Source: a virus (lineage: Duplodnaviria > Caudoviricetes). From it: DNA of 28,433 nt. Below, piece after piece: positions 24,876 through 28,433 of this stretch. A program made the translations under genes and the position numbers. Location of the stretch: the IMG/VR virus record IMGVR_UViG_3300044513_002415, positions 1-28,433 of that record, one strand, 5' to 3'. The notes under the pieces are model-generated. The model searched no databases and was not told the DNA's origin. It saw only the letters and a list, made by a program, of their open reading frames with translations. Every line of letters starts with the position of its first letter. Within the stretch, counting starts at the first letter, position 1.

Positions 24876-27263
24876 TTACATAAATGCTCCTAAACCTTGA
24901 TCTGGTTCGTTTTCAAAGTCTATTGGCAAGCCATCGTTTTTTCTTTGACTTATCATTTCACTTTGTTGTGTCGCTTGTATTTTTGTTCTTTTGTCTTTGC
25001 GATCTTCTATAAACTGCTCTTTGTTTCTTTCAACTTGAATATCCATTTGCTTAAGCTGCATGTCATACTGAAACTGTCTTTCCATTTCAGCTTGCTTTAT
25101 TTGAGCTGCAATTTGCATTTTCTGCATTTCCATTTCTTGCTTAGCTTTTTCAATATCAACTTTAGTTGATGCTATAGCCTCTTGTTTTTGAACTTCAGCC
25201 ATAGCAGTTCTTTCAGCTGTTTGCGCTTGAGCATCTGCTTGAGCAGCGATATTAGCTTGTTGAGCTTTTTGATCACGTTCCATTTTAACCTTACGCTTAA
25301 TCTTTAACATTTGATTAGCTAACTTAAGGTTTTTAATTTGACGTATATCGATAGCGTCTTCTAGGTCTATACCTCCAGATTGTAGAGCGACTTGTATGTT
25401 TTGCTCTAGCTGAGCTCTTTCTTCTTCATCGGGTTCTAGCTCTAAAAATATACCAAAATCATGTAGATTCAAGTTTATAACTTCATCTAGTGATTTTATA
25501 TTGTAGGTTGATATAGAGTTTTGTAACGATGCTCTAGTCAGTGGAAAACGTAGTGCATCAGCTATTTTAAGCGATACATTTTCTGCTAGTTTAAGAGTTA
25601 AATATAAACTAGACTGAACAATATGTCTAGTCGCTACATTCGACGCGTTAGCGGCTAGTTTCTGTAAACCTACAAGCGTAGATTTATCAGGCACGCTACC
25701 GTCTCTAGCTTCGTTTAGTCCTGTCACGTCACGTATCATCTGTAAATAGTATTGATACGTCTGAATAAGACTTTGTATTTTACCACCACCACTAGAGCTG
25801 TTAAGTTCTTGAATAGGTACTTTACCGTGGTTTAATTCACCGTCTTGTGTTAAAGATCTACCTACAATAGAACCAGTTTGAAAATACATATTTAATGCTT
25901 CAGCTGGATTGTAGTTTGTTCCATTACCTAGATCAACCTCTGCTAAACCGTCCATATCAAGATAAACACCATCTGGCACCATTCTTGATAATACTTGTTG
26001 TAGTTTTAAATGCGTAATTTGAATCATATCAGCAAACCCAATACACTTACTAACAATAGATTCTATTCTACCCTTGTACATTCTAGGTGCACATATAGCA
26101 TAATTCATAGCAACCTTAGTTGTGTCAGCATATGGTCTTGACATATTCTCAGCCAGCTCCCACTTAAGCATCGTGTCTGTTCCTAAAACTACAGCGCCAT
26201 TGTAAAGAACCTCTATAGTTCTAGATACTCTTTCAAAGTTATCATTTTCTGGCGGATTAAATGTATCTGGCTTTTCAATAGCCTTCATTAACCCTTGGTC
26301 AGTTTGTTTTATTTTAAATACTTGATTGTGGTATGTTTTGTAATCAAAGTATAAAACTTGAACTGTATTCTCGTCGTATTGTCCCCAACCAGTTATATAT
26401 GATTTATTACCTGGCATATTTTGTATACGCTCTAGTTCTTTTTCAGATATATTAGGAAACTCTTTTTTAAGTTCTGATATTGTTATTGATTTAACTTCAC
26501 CAACATAATATATATCTTCAAAGTTAGGATCTTCTGTATAAGAATAAACCATATAAGAAGGGTCAACGTAATCAACCTTAACGCCTTCAGCTATATTGAA
26601 ATTAGTTTTCGCAGCCGCAATACCTAATACAGTTAAATCCATGTTAAGTCTACGTCTAACTAAGTCGTATTTATTTTGTGCAAATACAGTGTTAATGCTT
26701 TCTTCTTCAGCTATTTCGATTGACTGCTTATAGCTTAATTGCATTTTAAGCTCCAACTCTTCTTTTGATTCAGGTATAACGTCAATGCTAGGTGATTGAT
26801 ATAAATCTATACCTAAAGTTTGCTTTACAGTTTCGATGTAATCTTTAGCTATCATATCCTCGTAAAGCTTAGAAGCATAATCTGTTCTTTTCTTTACTGA
26901 CTGAGGATCTTGAGCATAAGCTTTAATATCGTAAGCTTTTTGAGATATACCGTTTACAACGATATCTACAAACTTAGATAAAATTGGTACTGGTTTCCAG
27001 TCTAAATTAAGATAAGATAAATCACCGTTAATAGATAATTCATCTTTATATTTTTGTATAGATTGCTCGCCTCGAGCATATAGTCTTAAGTTATGGAAAT
27101 TATTCCAGTTAGTTAAATATCTATTACCATTAGTTCTACCTTGTCTAAACCACTCATACTCTATAGCTTGAGCAACTTGCTTTCCATATTCTATAGTGTC
27201 TTTTTCTTCGTTACTTACTACTTGACTAGGAAAAGAACTGTTGTTATTAGTGTAAACGTTCAT
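24876..27263 (-). CDS. Portal protein
   Basis: 795 aa directly after the terminase; P.PI..KFVDIVVNG and IRDVTGLNEARDG blocks; Gln/Ala-rich C-terminal coiled-coil barrel typical of podovirus portals. Confidence 0.85.
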   Translation of the reverse strand: MNVYTNNNSSFPSQVVSNEEKDTIEYGKQVAQAIEYEWFRQGRTNGNRYLTNWNNFHNLRLYARGEQSIQKYKDELSINGDLSYLNLDWKPVPILSKFVDIVVNGISQKAYDIKAYAQDPQSVKKRTDYASKLYEDMIAKDYIETVKQTLGIDLYQSPSIDVIPESKEELELKMQLSYKQSIEIAEEESINTVFAQNKYDLVRRRLNMDLTVLGIAAAKTNFNIAEGVKVDYVDPSYMVYSYTEDPNFEDIYYVGEVKSITISELKKEFPNISEKELERIQNMPGNKSYITGWGQYDENTVQVLYFDYKTYHNQVFKIKQTDQGLMKAIEKPDTFNPPENDNFERVSRTIEVLYNGAVVLGTDTMLKWELAENMSRPYADTTKVAMNYAICAPRMYKGRIESIVSKCIGFADMIQITHLKLQQVLSRMVPDGVYLDMDGLAEVDLGNGTNYNPAEALNMYFQTGSIVGRSLTQDGELNHGKVPIQELNSSSGGGKIQSLIQTYQYYLQMIRDVTGLNEARDGSVPDKSTLVGLQKLAANASNVATRHIVQSSLYLTLKLAENVSLKIADALRFPLTRASLQNSISTYNIKSLDEVINLNLHDFGIFLELEPDEEERAQLEQNIQVALQSGGIDLEDAIDIRQIKNLKLANQMLKIKRKVKMERDQKAQQANIAAQADAQAQTAERTAMAEVQKQEAIASTKVDIEKAKQEMEMQKMQIAAQIKQAEMERQFQYDMQLKQMDIQVERNKEQFIEDRKDKRTKIQATQQSEMISQRKNDGLPIDFENEPDQGLGAFM

Positions 27264-28433
27264 TTAACTTATTATTTTTGATGTGTATCCACTGTTGTCA
27301 TATCTTTTGATGCCTATGTCAACAGGTTCCGTTTTTCTTTTATTTATAGGTGTGTACCTATGTTTGTTACAAGCCATTAAAGCTAAACCTGAGCTAATAG
27401 ATGCATCGTGAGATGTTCTATTATTAATGTTAAACTTAGCCCAGTCTTCAAGCGTTCTTTGAAAGTACATATCACCGTAACCTGTTTCTCTTAGTCCAAC
27501 AAAGTTTTCTATGTAAGATTCTATAGCTGCAGCGTGTGCTTGTTTAATATCTTCACTAGAGTTTGGTATACCACCTATTTCTCTTTCTGTTACTGATAAT
27601 TTATTTCTAGCTCTATCAGGTCTGTTCATTGCGAAACCTCTATAACCTCTTTTTCTAAAATAATATAGTAAACGAGGTTTATTATTTTCAGCTAGTATTG
27701 GCATGCCATAAAAAGCACAAGCCATTAAAACATCTTCAAAAAATATTTCAGCAGTTTGTGGTCTTGCTATATATTCTAAAAAGAAATGGTTTGGTGGTAC
27801 GTCTTCCATTGAAAACTTTGTTAAACCGTGTAGAGAACCATTAGATCCTCTTTTATCAACTGTACCTGATATATCGTAAGGGTCACATCCAAAAGCACCT
27901 AAGTGCTCATTGCCAGGATAATAAACTCCTCCTTTATTTATTTTTCTATTTTGTAAATTAATACTAGGTATCCAACTAATTAAAAATCTACCGCTTTTAT
28001 TTGGAGTAAAAATAACTCTAGTATCTTGCTGTCCGTTTTCCCATTGAAAACTTCCTTTTGTTACATTTATAGAGTTACGCATGTCTTCATTAAAATCTAT
28101 TTGTTCGTATATTTTGGTTAGATTAAATAAAGATTGCTTTGTTTCATCTCTAAACGCGTGCTTTTCAGTGCGTGGAAACTGTCTGTAAAATTCATTTAAA
28201 GCATCTTGATCTTGCTTTAATCCTTCTACTTCGTTATCCCAGTATTCTATTACACCTATTTTTATTTTTTCACCTTGTGGTCCTTCGGCAGGTTTGGATG
28301 GAGTATTGAATACAGGTATTCCATAAGAATCAATGTATCCCTCGTAATTCCATTCCATAGGTATAAACAAAGAATATAATCCCGAACGAGTCTGCCCGTT
28401 GGCGTTTCGCTGAGTGACGTCCGAGTCATCATA
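27264..28433 (-). CDS. terL: Terminase large subunit, C-terminal nuclease region (5'-truncated by the window)
   Basis: The frame stays open to the window edge (YDDSDVTQRNANGQTRSGLYSLFIPMEW...). Motifs: QFP....AF, RNase H-like FGCDPYD, LAENN and HDASISSGLAL. Confidence 0.9.
   Translation of the reverse strand, partial: YDDSDVTQRNANGQTRSGLYSLFIPMEWNYEGYIDSYGIPVFNTPSKPAEGPQGEKIKIGVIEYWDNEVEGLKQDQDALNEFYRQFPRTEKHAFRDETKQSLFNLTKIYEQIDFNEDMRNSINVTKGSFQWENGQQDTRVIFTPNKSGRFLISWIPSINLQNRKINKGGVYYPGNEHLGAFGCDPYDISGTVDKRGSNGSLHGLTKFSMEDVPPNHFFLEYIARPQTAEIFFEDVLMACAFYGMPILAENNKPRLLYYFRKRGYRGFAMNRPDRARNKLSVTEREIGGIPNSSEDIKQAHAAAIESYIENFVGLRETGYGDMYFQRTLEDWAKFNINNRTSHDASISSGLALMACNKHRYTPINKRKTEPVDIGIKRYDNSGYTSKIIS

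Noticed and set aside
2225-25169. Plus-strand ORFs in the track (e.g. 2225-2437, 2886-3098, 3327-3566, 7254-7541, 9330-9647, 15918-16235, 24517-24741, 24897-25169)
   Set aside because: They are antisense shadows of long minus-strand genes, with F/L/S-rich composition and mostly non-ATG starts.
28368-28370. TTG start assigned to the terminase ORF
   Set aside because: The frame stays open to the window edge, so the real start lies outside the window.
1-28433. Stop-codon reassignment, as in some crAss-like phages
   Set aside because: Long genes are intact and tightly packed under the standard code, and TAG ends the giant gene at an overlap junction.
1-28433. tRNA, CRISPR array, IS element, intron or DGR repeats
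   Set aside because: None seen by eye; intergenic gaps are all under about 90 nt.

Overview
AT-rich segment of a tailed dsDNA phage genome. It is most likely a podovirus of Bacteroidota (Flavobacteriia), judged from A-rich translation starts without Shine-Dalgarno sequences and a crAss-like gene order. The minus strand carries the whole virion module, read right to left: terminase large subunit (partial), portal, scaffold-like protein, major capsid protein, a 274-aa protein, two tail ring-type proteins, a tail 'muzzle/stabilisation' protein apparently split over two genes, and three putative ejected proteins. These are followed by 12 small genes, most of them basic, including a holin candidate and an M15 endolysin. 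The module converges on the 3' end of a class I ribonucleotide reductase alpha gene at a bidirectional terminator. Four things stand out. (1) A 2554-aa putative ejected polyvalent protein carries a HExxH metallopeptidase, a sigma-70 region-2-like segment, an EHxxP HNH-like segment and a zeta-toxin/PNK-like P-loop kinase inserted inside a HAD phosphatase. (2) That gene has a candidate A_AAG plus pseudoknot -1 frameshift signal at codon 54. (3) A 37-aa basic ORF appears overprinted inside the scaffold gene. (4) Six otherwise unrelated small proteins share an N-terminal [S/T]P[L/F/M] tag. All family calls come from motif recognition by eye; no searches were run.
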